DNA of 64,000 nt, taken from contig NW_027361814.1 in assembly GCF_039654945.1 (NCBI RefSeq), forward strand, positions 2,666,001 to 2,730,000. The letters run 5' to 3'. The DNA is from Dendrobates tinctorius (lineage: Eukaryota). Positions 25,191 to 38,000 of the stretch are shown piece after piece. The position numbers and the translations under genes are program-made. Within the stretch, counting starts at the first letter, position 1, and each line of letters starts with the position of its first letter. The notes under the pieces were generated by a model. It saw only the letters and a list, made by a program, of their open reading frames with translations. It did no database searches and was not told the DNA's origin.

Positions 25191-26188
25191 CTATAAGTAT
25201 ACCCAATGACTAGAAGAGGCCTTATATATATTGGGTCAGAATTTTACAGATATCCATGTCACTTGTACAATTTATATTTCGTTCTCCGAATACAACTTCC
25301 ATGTCCCATTGCTACAAACGGAGATTGAATTATACTTCAAAGCTGTCCACACAACTCATGAACTACAAATGAATTACTATATATTTGTCAGCTGTGTCAG
25401 AATTCTTCTCGCAGTATTTATATCACCGTATTGTTTTTTGCTTTTTGATTTATGTATTGAATGACCGGATCAGACTCGTAATTTAGGAAAAAAGTAAGTG
25501 AAGGAACTTTTGTAAAACAATCCTTTTGCTGATGTTTCAATAAAGTTATTGCATTTCCCTACCACCGGGCAAAGTTCCGTAGCCATCCAGTCTATATTAA
25601 CCACAGTAATCTAAAGACCCTCAGCAAGAACGTCCCCACTGATCTGAGCAAGCCCTAGCTTTCTCATTAGCAATCAGCAAAATTCTGTTGGTGTCTGCTG
25701 GTTTCAAATCAGGGCAAGTGTTTTTATTGCTTGTGCAAAGCCCAAAAGGACAATACCAGTAATGCTTTCTAATCAACGGTGAACATATGAGATCTCACAT
25801 TCATAGCAGGCTCAGGCTAAGTTCCTGGACGCTGTTGAGTTGCATAGAGCCTACAGTATCCAGAATGCAAGGCGGTTGCTGATAACAATGCAGGAACCAC
25901 TCAGGGTAACATCATTATTAAGGCTGCCTCTGTGTCTCCCTTTGTGCCTCTTCTTATTTTGCAAACTGTCGGGGTGAAGGAAGTTTCCCCTGTTGTACTA
26001 TTCAAACAATGTATGCAGCATCGTGCACTTGAAATGTCCCCGGCATAAAGAGCAGGGCAGGGACTAATAACGTTGGAGAGGTATTATATGTACGACTAAG
26101 CAAATCATGTCTTTTGTATTTTGCAGGGTAACTTTTATGTGACCGGACTTGATAGACAGAGATTTGCCATAGGTTGATGGGATAAAGG

Positions 26189-26498
26189 TAGTGATGAGCG
26201 AGCGTGCTTGGATAAGGTGTTATCTGAGCATGGTTGTGTCCTAATCGAGTATTTTCGTCATGTTTGAAACAAATGCTCAAGTCGCCGCAGCTGCATATCT
26301 CAGGGCTGTTCGAAATGGCAACACATGCAGGGATTGCCTAACAAACAGGCAATTCCTGCATGTATGGTGGCTGTCGAACAGCCGCGAGAAATGCAGCTGC
26401 GGCGACTTGAGTTTTTTTTTCGAGCATCCCGAAAATATTTGATAGGGACACGTGCATGCTAGGATAACACCTTATCCGAGCACGCTCGCTCATCACTA
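26189..26498. mobile_element. Palindromic hAT MITE
   Basis: TAGTGATGAGCGAGC ... GCTCGCTCATCACTA; perfect 8-bp TSD GATAAAGG. Confidence 0.93.
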
Positions 26499-29400
26499 GA
26501 TAAAGGATATCATGTCAATAACATCTGCATTCTGAAAAGACATAAAATAATCCAGTTTTAGTCACATTAAACTCTGAAATGCTATCTTTATTGCATGGCA
26601 GCATCTGCAGACTGCAGTCATTGTCCTACCGGGAACGTATGATGTCTCGTATGATATTAGCAACTTCAACTGTGACCCAAAGGATCGTGAATTATTACTT
26701 GAAAAAATATATATTTTAATATTTACAAAGGGGACAGTGTTTTATATAGAGGAAGAGAGGCCTCATAGCAGAGATAGTAATCAGACCCCTTTCAGGAGTA
26801 GCTTCACCCCATCAATCTCCTGACTATCTGCAGCAGAAGGCAATAGCACGCCTATCCTGTTCTCAGCACCTGTATAAACCAATATTTCAGAGGTCAAAAG
26901 TAGAGATGAGCGACTTTGCCTTTTTTCGGGTCGAGTCTGGTTTCATGAAACCCGACTTTCTCAAAAGTCGGGTCGAACAAAATCGGCCGATTATCGTGAA
27001 AAGTCGAAGGCCGACTGAAACACGAAACCCAATGCAAGTCAATGGGGAACCAAGGTCGGCAGGGAGTGAAGGACAGGAAACACACCTACAGCGCCCATTT
27101 TAATGCCAAAAACATCAATTCTTATTACTTAAGCTTGTCAACCTTAATTTACTTTATAATAATAGTTAGGCATTGAAAACTGGGGGTTATTTGGCTAAAG
27201 TTGTGTGGGGGGGTAGGGCTGGCTCCAGATTTTCATGGGCCCAGGGCCAAAGAGTGTCACTGGGCACCTATAACACATGCAACAATTCATGATCCTCTGA
27301 TATGGCAGAGAAATAGCGGTATAGTACAATGAAAAATACTTCACTTCTTACATCTCATGACTGATGTCCATCTTAAATTCTCCAATAGCTCCAAAAACGG
27401 ACAGTATATTTCTCCATACAGTATTATGGCCACTGCATAGTGCGCTATACAGAGTAATGAGGCCCATATATTTCTACATACAGAATCATTGGTCCCATAT
27501 AAAGCTTGAAACAGTATATGATGAGCTCCACATAATGCTACAGTATATGTTTGTCCCCATGGATGAAGCTCCACTGTGTTATGGACCCAAATAATGCTCC
27601 ATATATATTGGGCCCCATTTCTAATGCTCCAGTGCATAATGGACCCTGTAAATGCTGCTCCAGTGTCTGATGTCCACCTTTGGAATGCTCCAGTCTATGG
27701 TGGGCCTCATATATCATTCTCCAGAGAATAGTGCTCCCCAAAAATAGCTTTCCCTACATTGAAAACAATTAAATAAGTCTCCTCGCTAGGGAATCCCTAT
27801 ACTAGTCTGGACTCCTCGTCGTCCCCATCTTCCATCTCACTGCACTTGGACTGTTTAGGCAGAGGGCGTACAGATGTGATGTCATCGCGCTCTCTGACCA
27901 GAATGTCACTGTCAAGAAACGCGGAAGACGTCACGGCGGTGGAGCAGGGAGCAGTAAGTATTTCAACTTTGCAAGTGCTGTGATCCTGAGCAAACAGGGG
28001 GGGCCCACTTGTTGGCGGCGGCACTGGCACAGGGCCCCTCATAGTAGGGCAGTGTGTCTGACGGTAAGTGGGACCTCCCACCGGCAGAGACACTTTGGCG
28101 TACTATGAGGGGCCCTGTGCCAGTGCGTCGCCCATGAGTATGCCCCCCCACCTGCTCAAGAAACCTGCACTTTCATCTGCACCTTCCTCTTTGTCACCAT
28201 ATAAGGTGGTATAGTATGCGGGAAGGGGAACCTGAGTTTCATCAGGGTCAGATTCTGGCTGTGTAGAGTGAGAGGGGAATGTAGTGGTCTTGGTCAATGT
28301 ACCAGCAGAATCATCTAGCAGTGGCTGGGCATCAGTGCACTTGTGGCGCCCCCAGGAGTACGGTCGCCACAGTGGCATTACCTTCCTCCTAGAGAGTGTG
28401 ATGTCATGCTTGGGAGCAACGAAGGATCTCTCTAGCAGTTAAACCAACACACAACACAGTTCCCATTCCAGGCCAGCAGGGAGACCTCTGAACCTGACTG
28501 CTGAGGAGCTGCTCTCTGTGGTCGGGAGGAGGGAAGTTAGGGCACTCTGTGAAGGGAAAGGGAAGTGTGTGGACGTGAGAAGGGGAGCTGGAGGATGTGC
28601 AGAGTTAAAGCTCACTCCTAGCTGGAGCGCATGGTCGGTATTCCGGTCTCCGAGTTTTTAGGGACACTGACGGTCCTGCAGCAGAAACCGGAGTAAGTAG
28701 CAGCTGTAAATGCTCTGTTCCCAACTAAGGCTCGGAGACCTCAGCAGCGACGTGTGTGAGCCAGAATGAAAAGGCTATGGCTGCCTGCCATATGAGAAAG
28801 TTCCAAAAGAGAGTCAACAGGGGGAACTTCAGTGAACTCAGTACTGCGAGTACCTCAGATAAACGTTGGAACGGAAGCCACACTACCTATCTGCAGAGAG
28901 AGAATTCCAAATTTGCTTCCAGGCTGACCATCTCCTTCTCCATCTGTACTCTGGGTCCTGGACGGCACTAACCAAGTACAGGTAAAGGAACTGCACGACT
29001 GTGTCTGTCATTTTTCTCCTGCGCCTGGCGCACGGCTCTGCTACATCCTGCACTGCACACCATCTACCAACTCTTTCATGTGCCCTGCGACTATGGCACT
29101 ACCTGTGCTGGGCTTCTACATCTTAGCTGCACCACAACATCTGTCCCAGAGAAGTGACACTGCAGCGCGGGTTAATCTGATCAGAAACCACAGGTGGCGT
29201 CACGTATCATTCACCTATAAACATTATTCACCCATTTGCATGGACGCCCAGGGCCACGGAACGGGTCATCACCACCAACGTGACACATCCCTCTGAGACA
29301 CCGGCTCGGTACTGGTTAACCCCACTGCCCTGGCTGGCCACCCACACTCCATGTCAGATTCATCTTGGACTTGTGAATTCAAGATTTGACTTGCTAACCC

Positions 29401-29899
29401 AGGCATGGTATGTGAAAAGAGCTCCATGGAGTAAGCAGTAGTGTGGCCTGCCACATCCTTCACTTTTGGTAGGGGTAAAGGACACAAGGAAAGGTATTGC
29501 TCCTGACCAGGAGCCTCCAATGAGGACTCAGTGCTTTTATTTTTTGAAACTTCAGAAGAGGAGGCGAGAGAGCTGGTGGCTGTGTCAGCAATCTAAGCCA
29601 AAACTTGTTCCTGAAGCTCCGGCTTTAAAAGTGGTTTTCCTACTCCCAGAAAACAGAGCCTTTGAGGCCTTGTGGAGCCAGACGATGACGCAGGCTCAAC
29701 ACCTCCTGCCTTAGGTGCTATTGTGCTTTTGCCACTACCAACAGATGCAACACCACCACCACCACCATCGGGACCAGCTGGCAACCCCCGCCCACTTCCA
29801 TGGCGTCTTCCATCATACTTGCTCATTTTTGTGAAAATGTACCTAAAATACCACCAGCTATATGGTACTGTAAAACAAGGTAGAAGGTGTATCTATTTT

Positions 29900-30350
29900 T
29901 GGTGAGATTTTGAATCTCACTATAGATTTGAGGACGCTGAACTATTGTCTCAGGCCCAGTAGAGATTACACCTCAATGTAACAGGCTGAAATTGGATGGT
30001 TTATGACAAGGTGTAGGGTGTCTATAGGATTGGTGAGAATTTGAATCTGACTATAGATTTGAGGACGCTGAACTATTGTCTCTGGTCCAGTAGAGAATAC
30101 ACCTCAATGTAACAGGCTGAAATTGGATGGTGAATGACAAGGTGGAGGGTGTCTATAGGATTGGTGAGATTTTGAATCTCACTATAGATTTGAGGACTCA
30201 GAACTATTGTCTCTGGCCCTGGAGAGATTACACCTCAATGTAACAGGCTCAAATTAGATGGTGTGTGAAAAGGTGGAGGGTGTCTATAGGATTGGTGAGA
30301 ATTTGGATCTCATTAGAGATTTGAGGATGCTGACAATGATGCTCTCAGTC
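29900..30350. repeat. ~137-bp tandem repeat internal to hAT
   Basis: Three to four units containing ctatagatttgaggac; related units at 13965-14190. Confidence 0.85.
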
Positions 30351-30354
30351 CAAG

Positions 30355-31018
30355 TATTACTATTATTATTATTATTATTTATTGTTATAGCGTCATTTAT
30401 TCCATGGCGCTTTACATGTGAGGAGGGGTATACATAATACTACAAGTACAGTAATCTTAAACAATACAAGTCACAACTGGTACAGGATGAGAGAGGACCC
30501 TGCCCGCGAGGGCTCACAATCTACAACGGGATGGGTGAGGAACCGTAGGCGAGGGTAGAGCTGGTCGTGCAGCGGTTTGGTGGATTGGTGGTTACTGCAA
30601 GTTGTAGGCTTGTCGGAAGAGGTAGGTATTCAAGTTCTTTTTGAAGGTTTCCATGGTAGGCGAGAGTCTGATATGTTGTGGTAGAGAGTTCCAGAGTAGA
30701 GGGGATGCGCGGGAGAAATCTTGTATGCGATTGTGGGAAATGGAGATAATAGGGGAGTACAAAAGGAGATCTTGTGAGGATCGGAGGTTTCGTGCAGGTA
30801 AGTACCGGGACACGAGGTCACAGATGTACGGAGGACTCAGGTTGTGGATGGCTTTGTATGTCATGGTTAGGGTTTTGAACTGGAGTCTTTGGGTAATGGG
30901 GAGCCAGTGCAGAGATTGACAGAGGGGAGAGGCCGGGGAATAGCGGGGGGACAGGTGGATTAGTCGGGCAGCAGAGTTAAGAATAGATTGGAGGGGTGCG
31001 AGAGTGTTAGAGGGGACG
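30355..31018 (-). mobile_element. L2-clade LINE 3' fragment
   Basis: LQSILNSAARLI..LHWLPI..RNLRS..LWNSLP..FKKNLNTYLF; (TAA)n tail. Confidence 0.9.
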
Positions 31019-33817
31019 CAGTATGGACGCAGGCAGCCTAATAAGCAGGACTGCTGCACAGTGCACACACAAAAGGGTGGAAAATTGAACGCTTGGTAAC
31101 TGTGCAGAAAAGAGGAAGAAAAGTATTTTTGCTTTTAAAAAAGCAGTTTGCACAGCAGTGTGCAAACAGCAATGCAGCTATCAGGGAGCCTTATAAGGCA
31201 GCCTAATAACCAACAGAGCTGATGCACAAAAAATAGAGCCTCCCCTGTCACTGCACACAAAGTGTTGTGTTGTAAGTGTAAATCACTACCAGCAGAAGCA
31301 GTTTTTTGGTTCTTCATCCCTGCCTGACGCTCTCCCTTATTCAGAATCAGCAGCATCAGCAGCTCTCCCTATGCTAAGATCGGCATAAGTAAGATGGCGG
31401 TCGGCGTTCACGCCCTTTTATAGCCCTTTTATAGTGACCGATGCCTATGTCATCGCATTGCCCACAGTGTGCGTCCTCCATCATTGGCTGAAAAAGGGCA
31501 CTGGAAGTATCTTTTGAAACACGACTTTGGCGCTCTGGTCGCTGACCTCGTGGCCGACCTCACGCTATGGTCGGGTTTCGTTTCATGAAACCCGACTTCA
31601 GCGAAAATCGCCAACTTTTGAATATGACCGACCCGTTTCGCTCAACTCTAGTCAAACGCAGTAAACATTGATGTTTTGCATGCCAGCCTTCTTCAGGCCC
31701 TCAGTCTCAACATGAAGGAGGCCTATATGCTGAAATGTAGCTATTTCATGGACTTTGATTGATTCATTGGATAGTTCAACACTGTATGATGCACTTTAAG
31801 AGTATGTGCACATGTTGCAAATTTGTCTGCAGAATTTTCTGCGCAGAATCTGTACCTCTTGGCAGAAAACGCAGGTAAAAATCAGCGCGTTTTTGATGTG
31901 GATTTACATGCATTTTTTTCATGCGGATTGTATGTGTTTTTGTAAGGTAAATAAAGATATGCTATTTAACAAAAAAAAGATTTGTGATGTCATTTCTGGT
32001 CCAACCTCCTCTTTTACATTTGTCCAACCCACACTCCATTACACACACAGTTGGACAGAGAGACAGATAATAATAGATAGATAGATAGATAGATATGGGA
32101 TATATCTATCTATCTATAGATATCTATAGATATCTATCTATAGATATCTATCTATCTATAGATATATCTATAGTAGTGATGAGCGAGCACTAAAATGCTC
32201 ATTGCTCAGGTCAAGCAAATTGGAATACTCGGGTACTCGGACACAACAACGAGCCCAATGTAAGTCTATAGGACACCAGCGCATTTTTACCACGATCCCC
32301 AATTTAAAGGAGCGGGTCTCCTAGACTTGGAATGCCCATACACTAAGAGTGTTGGCTATCAAACATTTTCCCCTATGGGGTACACCTCAACCTTTTCCAT
32401 AACAATTCTTTTACGCCCAGCAAAACCCCCCACCCTTGTTAGGATTTCGAACACATTAACGCTGGTGATCTAGTGGCAGCGGATGATGAGACGTGGAGGA
32501 AGGCTTGATTCAAAACAATGCCAAATTTAAAGGAGCGGGTCACCTAGACTTGGAATGCCCATACACTAAGTGTATGGCATGTCAAACATTTCCTCCTGAG
32601 GGTAGATATCAACATAGTGTGGCCTTTTTGGGGGCAGGTTATCATAAACACCTTGCAAAGCTGTAATGTGCTTTCATACATAGTTGCTGGTGGGAAGGTG
32701 CAGGTTTTTAGTAAAAGTATGGCTGACAAATAGTTGCATGAAGTGATCTGGAAAAGGGTTATGTTGATGACAGGAATTGGAAAGTACATGATTAATAACA
32801 GCAGTGGCTATGGGAGGTATGAGATCCAGGATACAGCCAACAATGATTCGTCGTTTAGCCACTATCAATTACCATATTCGGTTTCACAGTGTACCAGATG
32901 CGCGTGTGAGACTCGTCCTAAGAACTGCCCTTCCAAAATATGTTGCTAAACACGCACGTGTCTGTATAAAGGGCAAAGTGCAACATGTTCGTGAGATGCT
33001 GAATTATACAAAGCAGATCAGTGTAGGAGGAAAACCAAACAAACTGATGGATGCTCGTGAAAAACTAAGTTTAACCCCTTTCCTACATTAGACGTACTGT
33101 TCCATCCATGTGACCTGGGGCCTAAGTCCCAAGGACGGAATAGTACGTCTAGCGCGATCAGCTGCGCTCACGGGGGGAGCGCAGCTGATCGCGGCCGGGT
33201 GTCAGCTGATTATCACAGCTGACATCCGGCACTATGTGTCAGGGGCGGTCACGGACTGCCCCCGACACGTTATCCCCTGGCACACTGCGATCAAACACGA
33301 TCGCAGTGTACCGGGGGTTTAGGGAAGCATCGGGAGGGAGGGGGCTTCCTCCGTGCTTCCCTGAGACCCCCACAGCAGCGCGATGAGCAGCGCTGCTGTG
33401 GGGGTCTCCTTCCCTGCATGTCCCCGAATCCAAAATGGCGGCGGGGACCTACGGGAGCCTGCAGGGAGGCGGCTTCCTCATGCCAGCAAAGCGCTGGCAT
33501 GAGGAAGCCTGCAGCACTGCTTGTGACAGATCGCTGATCTGTCACAGCGATCTGTGATGTGACAGATCAGCGATCTGTCACATGACAGTTATGTCCCCCC
33601 TGGGACATTGTAATAAAGTTTAAAAAAAAAAGTGTAAAAATAATTTATAAAAAAATTGCTAAATAAATAAAAAAAAAATATTTCCTACCAATAAAAACGT
33701 CAACTCGTCCCGCAAAAAATAAGACCTCACATAACTCGGTGGGTCAAAATATGGAAAATTATAGCTCTCAATATGTGGTGATGCAAAAACTATTTTTACA
33801 ATAAAAAGCATCTTTTA

Positions 33818-34261
33818 GGCTAGTTTCACACTAGCGTTTATGAGCGCAGCGACGGCCTGCGCACGGCCGCCGCTAAGCCCCGCCCCCTGCCACGCCCACC
33901 GGTAGCTCCGCCCACCGGCGCATGACGCTGCATGCGCCCTCTATCTTTATCACAGGGGGCGCAGGCCATGCGCAGTATGCGTTTGGCGGCGCATGTGCCT
34001 TTTTGATGGTGCGCCGACGCAACCAAACTGCAGCAGGTTGCGTTTGGCGCAGGTCGACGCACCGTCAAAAGGACGCATGCGCCGCCAAACGCATACTGCG
34101 CACGGCCTGCGCCCCCTGTGATAAAGATAGGGGACGCAGGGCGCATGCAGCGTCATGTGCCAGTGGGCGGAGCTACCGGCGGGGGCGCGGCAGGGGCGGG
34201 GCTTAGCGGCGGCCGTGCGCAGGACGTCGCTGCGCTCATAAACGCTAGTGTGAAACTAGCC
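33818..34261. mobile_element. Foldback Harbinger MITE
   Basis: TTA|GGCTAGTTTCACACTAGCG ... CGCTAGTGTGAAACTAGCC|TTA; arms of ~200 bp are nearly perfect. Confidence 0.92.
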
Positions 34262-34385
34262 TTAGCGTGCGACAGCTGCCAAACATAAAAACCGCCATAA
34301 ATAGTAAATCAAACCCCCCGTTATCACCCCCTTAGTTAGGGAAAAATAATAAAATAAAAAAAATGTATTTATTTCCATTTTCCCA

Positions 34386-34458
34386 TTAGGGCTAGGGTTA
34401 GTGTTAGGGCTAGGGTTAGGGCTAGGGGTGTGTTGGGGTTAGGGTTGGAGTTAGAATT
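34386..34458 (+). repeat. Degenerate telomere-like (TTAGGG/CTAGGG)n tract within the piggyBac-like element
   Basis: ttagggctagggttagtgttagggctagggttagggctaggg... Confidence 0.8.
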
Positions 34459-34848
34459 GGGAATTTTCCACTGTTTTGGCACATCAGGGGCTTTCCAAAC
34501 GCGACATGGCGTTCGATCTCAATTCCAGCCCAAAAAGTCAAATGGCGCTGCTTCCCTTCTGAGCTCTGCCATGCGCCCAAATAGTCGTTTACACCCACAT
34601 ATGGGGTATCAGCGTACTCAGGACAAATTGCACAATAACTTTTGAGGTCCTGTTACTCTTGGGAAAATAACAATTGGGGGTGAAAAGATCATTTTTGTGG
34701 AAAAAATATGATTTTTTAATTGTACCGCTGTGCATTATAAACTTCTGTGAAGCCCTTGGGGGTTCAAAGTGCTCACCACATATCTAGATAAGTTCCTTGG
34801 GGGGTCTAGTTTCCAAAGCTGTTCCATGGCCATCCACTGGGAGCGCAG

Positions 34849-35088
34849 GTGGTCTTCTCTTCCATCCTCCCAGTGGATGGCCATGGAACAAGGAGGTGGA
34901 ATAAGATTCTGCAGGTGAACAACTGGCTACGTCGATGGTGCCGTCAGCAACGATTTGGATTTCTGGATCACGGAGTGAACTACTTATACGATGGACTACT
35001 TGCTAGAGATGGGGTGCACCTTACGAAGACTGGAAAGCATGTATTTGGAAGTCGCCTTGCTACACTTGTAAGGAGAGCTTTAAACTAG
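34849..35088 (+). pseudogene. CR1 ORF1 C-terminal SGNH/esterase fragment
   Basis: VVFSSILP..NNWLRRWC..FGFLDHG..RDGVHL..RALN*. Confidence 0.9.
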
Positions 35089-35267
35089 AACAACATGGGA
35101 AGGGAAGCAAAAGACCAGAAAAAGCCATACACCTGACAAATGCTATTGAGAACTCTGCTATTAGAAGTGGAAAGGAAGAACAAAGACGAAAGAATCTAAT
35201 TAATAAAAATATTGGAGAAAGAGAAACCAATCACAAACTAAAATGTTTCTATACTAATGCACAAAGC

Positions 35268-38000
35268 ATGGGCAACAAACAAGGAGAATTGGAACTACTA
35301 ACACAGGAAAAGAAATATGATGTCATTGGAATCACTGAAACTTGGTGGGACAATACACATGATTGGAATACAAGACTAGAAGGATACAACTTATTTGCAA
35401 GAAACAGACTTGATAAACGAGGAGGGGGTGTCGCATTGTATGTTCGAAACGCGTATATCTGCACAGAGATTGAAGCTTCAGAGACTGGGAGTTCTGTGGA
35501 AACTGTTTGGGTAAGAATACAAGGACAGAACAATGGAAAGGACACCATTGTAGGCATTTACTACAGGCCGCCTGTGCAAGCCGAAGATATAGATGAACTC
35601 TTTATGCATCAGATGGCCAAGTTCTCCAAAAAATATGACATAGTTGTCATGGGAGATTTCAACTATCCAGACATTTGTTGGGAATCTCTCTCAGGCAAAA
35701 CTAACAGGTCAAGGAAATTCTTATCCTCTCTTGCTGACAACTTTATCTTCCAAAAGGTAAGGGAGAAAACAAGGGGAACTGCTACCTTGGATCTAATCCT
35801 TATAAACAGGGAGGAAATGGTTGAGGAGGTAAAAGTGGCTGGGACCCTAGGAGGTAGCGACCATGCTATTTTAGAATTTTGGATAACTAGAGTTGGAAGA
35901 CCTGTGAAGACTCAGACGTCAAGGTTAGATTTCAGAAAGGCAGATTTTAAGGGATTCAGAAAGAGAATTGGAGGGATCCAATGGCTGGATATCCTTAAAG
36001 ACAAAAATGTCCAGGAAGGATGGGAAATCTTGAAAAATGAAATTCTCAAAGCACAGTTGTTAACAATTCCGAAAAGAGGGAAGAATAGGAAGCATTTAAG
36101 GAAACCAGGATGGATGAACACAGAACTTAAGCACATGCTAAAAAGGAAGAAAAAAATGTTTATAAAATGGAAAGAGGGAGGCATATCTAAAGAAGAATAT
36201 AATGCTGTCTGCAGAACCTGCAGGGCACAAATCAGATTAGCTAAAGCTGAAAATGAACTGAGGCTTGCAAGAGATGTCAAAAGCAATAATAAAGGATTTT
36301 GGGGATATGTCAAAAGTAAAAGAAAAGTCAAAGATGCTATAGGATTTTTACAGGATGAAAATGATGAAATGGTAAGACAGGGTGTTGAGAAGGCTGAACT
36401 TTTAAATTCCTATTTTGCATCTGTTTTCTCTCAGAAAGGAAATGCAACATCAACTGTTATTCTCTGTCCTATTAAGGGAATAGAAGAATCCAGGATATCT
36501 ATAAACAGAAAGATAGTGAGGAAACACTTAGCTAACCTAAATGAATTCAAGTCTCCAGGTCCAGATGAATTACACCCCAGAGTACTGAAGGAGATAGCAG
36601 AAGAAATTTTTGAACCCCTCTCCATAATCTTTGAAAATTCTTGGAGAACAGGAGAAGTGCCAGAAGACTGGAGAAGAGCAAATGTTGTTCCTATCTTCAA
36701 AAAGGGGAAGAAGGTGGACCCAGGCAACTATAGGCCGGTGAGTCTGACTTCTATACCAGGAAAGATCTTTGAACAAATTATTAAACAACATGTATGTCAA
36801 TACCTGGATAAGAATGAAGTGATTAAACAGAGTCAGCATGGGTTTGTAACTAATAAGTCATGTCAGACTAACTTAATTTCCTTCTATGACGGTATCACTG
36901 ATTGTGTGGATCAAGGAAATGCTGTAGATATAGTATATCTTGACTTCAGCAAAGCATTTGACAAAGTCTCTCATACAATCCTTATTGAAAAAATGACTAA
37001 GTATGGAATGGACAAGGCAACTGTTAGGTGGATTCATAACTGGCTTAGTGATCGGACCCAAAGAGTGGTCGTAAATGGCTGCACATCCAGTTGGAAGAAT
37101 GTCTCAAGTGGGGTACCACAGGGCTCTGTCCTGGGCCCTGTATTGTTCAACATCTTTATCAACGATTTAGATGAAGGAATTGAGGGTAAACTGATTAAAT
37201 TTGCTGATGACACAAAGCTAGGAGGGATAGCTAATACTAGAGAAGAGAGAGAGAGGATTCAAAAAGATTTAAATAAACTGGAGAAGTGGGCAGCAACTAA
37301 CAGAATGGTTTTTAACAGGGAGAAATGCAAAGTACTACATCTGGGCAATAAAAATGAAAAAAGCATATATAGAATGGGAGGAATAGGGCTAAGTGACAGC
37401 ACATGTGAAAAAGACTTGGGTATACTAATAGATCACAGACTGAATATGAGTCAACAGTGTGATGCAGCAGCAAAAAAGGCAAATGCAATTCTAGGATGTA
37501 TTAACAGAAGCATACAGTCTAGATCACGTGAAGTCATTATTTCCCTCTACTCCTCTTTGGTCAGACCTCATCTGGAATATTGTGTCCAGTTTTGGGCACC
37601 ACATTTTAAAAAAGACATCAACAAACTGGAGCAAGTTCAGAAAAGAGCGACCAGAATGGTGACCGGTCTGCAAACCCTGTCTTATGAGGAAAGGTTGCAG
37701 GATTTGGGAATGTTTAGTTTGCAAAAGAGAAGACTGAGAGGAGACTTAATAGCTGTCTACAAATATCTAAAGGGCTGTCACATTGTAGAAGGATCAACTT
37801 TATTCTCATTTGCACAAGGAAAGACTAGAAGCAATGGGATGAAACTGAATGGGAAGAGACACAGATTAGATATTAGAAAAAACTTTTTGACAGTTAGAGT
37901 GATCAAGGAGTGGAACAGGCTGCCACGAGAAGTGGTGAGCTCTCCTTCAATGGAAGTCTTCAAACAGAGGCTGGACAGACATCTGACTGGGATGATTTAG
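35268..38000 (+). CDS. CR1 ORF2: APE endonuclease + reverse transcriptase (frame open upstream to at least 35079)
   Basis: ITETWW, GDFNYP, GSDH, KSPGPD, NYRPVSL, YLDFSKAFD, GVPQGSVLGP, KFADD; no stops in 910 aa. Confidence 0.96.
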   Translation: MGNKQGELELLTQEKKYDVIGITETWWDNTHDWNTRLEGYNLFARNRLDKRGGGVALYVRNAYICTEIEASETGSSVETVWVRIQGQNNGKDTIVGIYYRPPVQAEDIDELFMHQMAKFSKKYDIVVMGDFNYPDICWESLSGKTNRSRKFLSSLADNFIFQKVREKTRGTATLDLILINREEMVEEVKVAGTLGGSDHAILEFWITRVGRPVKTQTSRLDFRKADFKGFRKRIGGIQWLDILKDKNVQEGWEILKNEILKAQLLTIPKRGKNRKHLRKPGWMNTELKHMLKRKKKMFIKWKEGGISKEEYNAVCRTCRAQIRLAKAENELRLARDVKSNNKGFWGYVKSKRKVKDAIGFLQDENDEMVRQGVEKAELLNSYFASVFSQKGNATSTVILCPIKGIEESRISINRKIVRKHLANLNEFKSPGPDELHPRVLKEIAEEIFEPLSIIFENSWRTGEVPEDWRRANVVPIFKKGKKVDPGNYRPVSLTSIPGKIFEQIIKQHVCQYLDKNEVIKQSQHGFVTNKSCQTNLISFYDGITDCVDQGNAVDIVYLDFSKAFDKVSHTILIEKMTKYGMDKATVRWIHNWLSDRTQRVVVNGCTSSWKNVSSGVPQGSVLGPVLFNIFINDLDEGIEGKLIKFADDTKLGGIANTREERERIQKDLNKLEKWAATNRMVFNREKCKVLHLGNKNEKSIYRMGGIGLSDSTCEKDLGILIDHRLNMSQQCDAAAKKANAILGCINRSIQSRSREVIISLYSSLVRPHLEYCVQFWAPHFKKDINKLEQVQKRATRMVTGLQTLSYEERLQDLGMFSLQKRRLRGDLIAVYKYLKGCHIVEGSTLFSFAQGKTRSNGMKLNGKRHRLDIRKNFLTVRVIKEWNRLPREVVSSPSMEVFKQRLDRHLTGMI

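Larger units (their letters stand above)
26901..31650 (-). mobile_element. Non-autonomous hAT, sister of 3522-14932
   Basis: TAGAGATGAGCGA / TCGCTCAACTCTA; TSD GTCAAAAG/GTCAAACG; first ~2.7 kb colinear with 3522-6250. Confidence 0.92.

Noticed and set aside
25450-26150. Unique-looking DNA as a conserved enhancer (also ~51500-52000)
   Set aside because: Cannot be judged without cross-species alignment.
34386-34458. True telomere or chromosome fusion site
   Set aside because: Short, degenerate, single-orientation, and internal to a piggyBac-like element.
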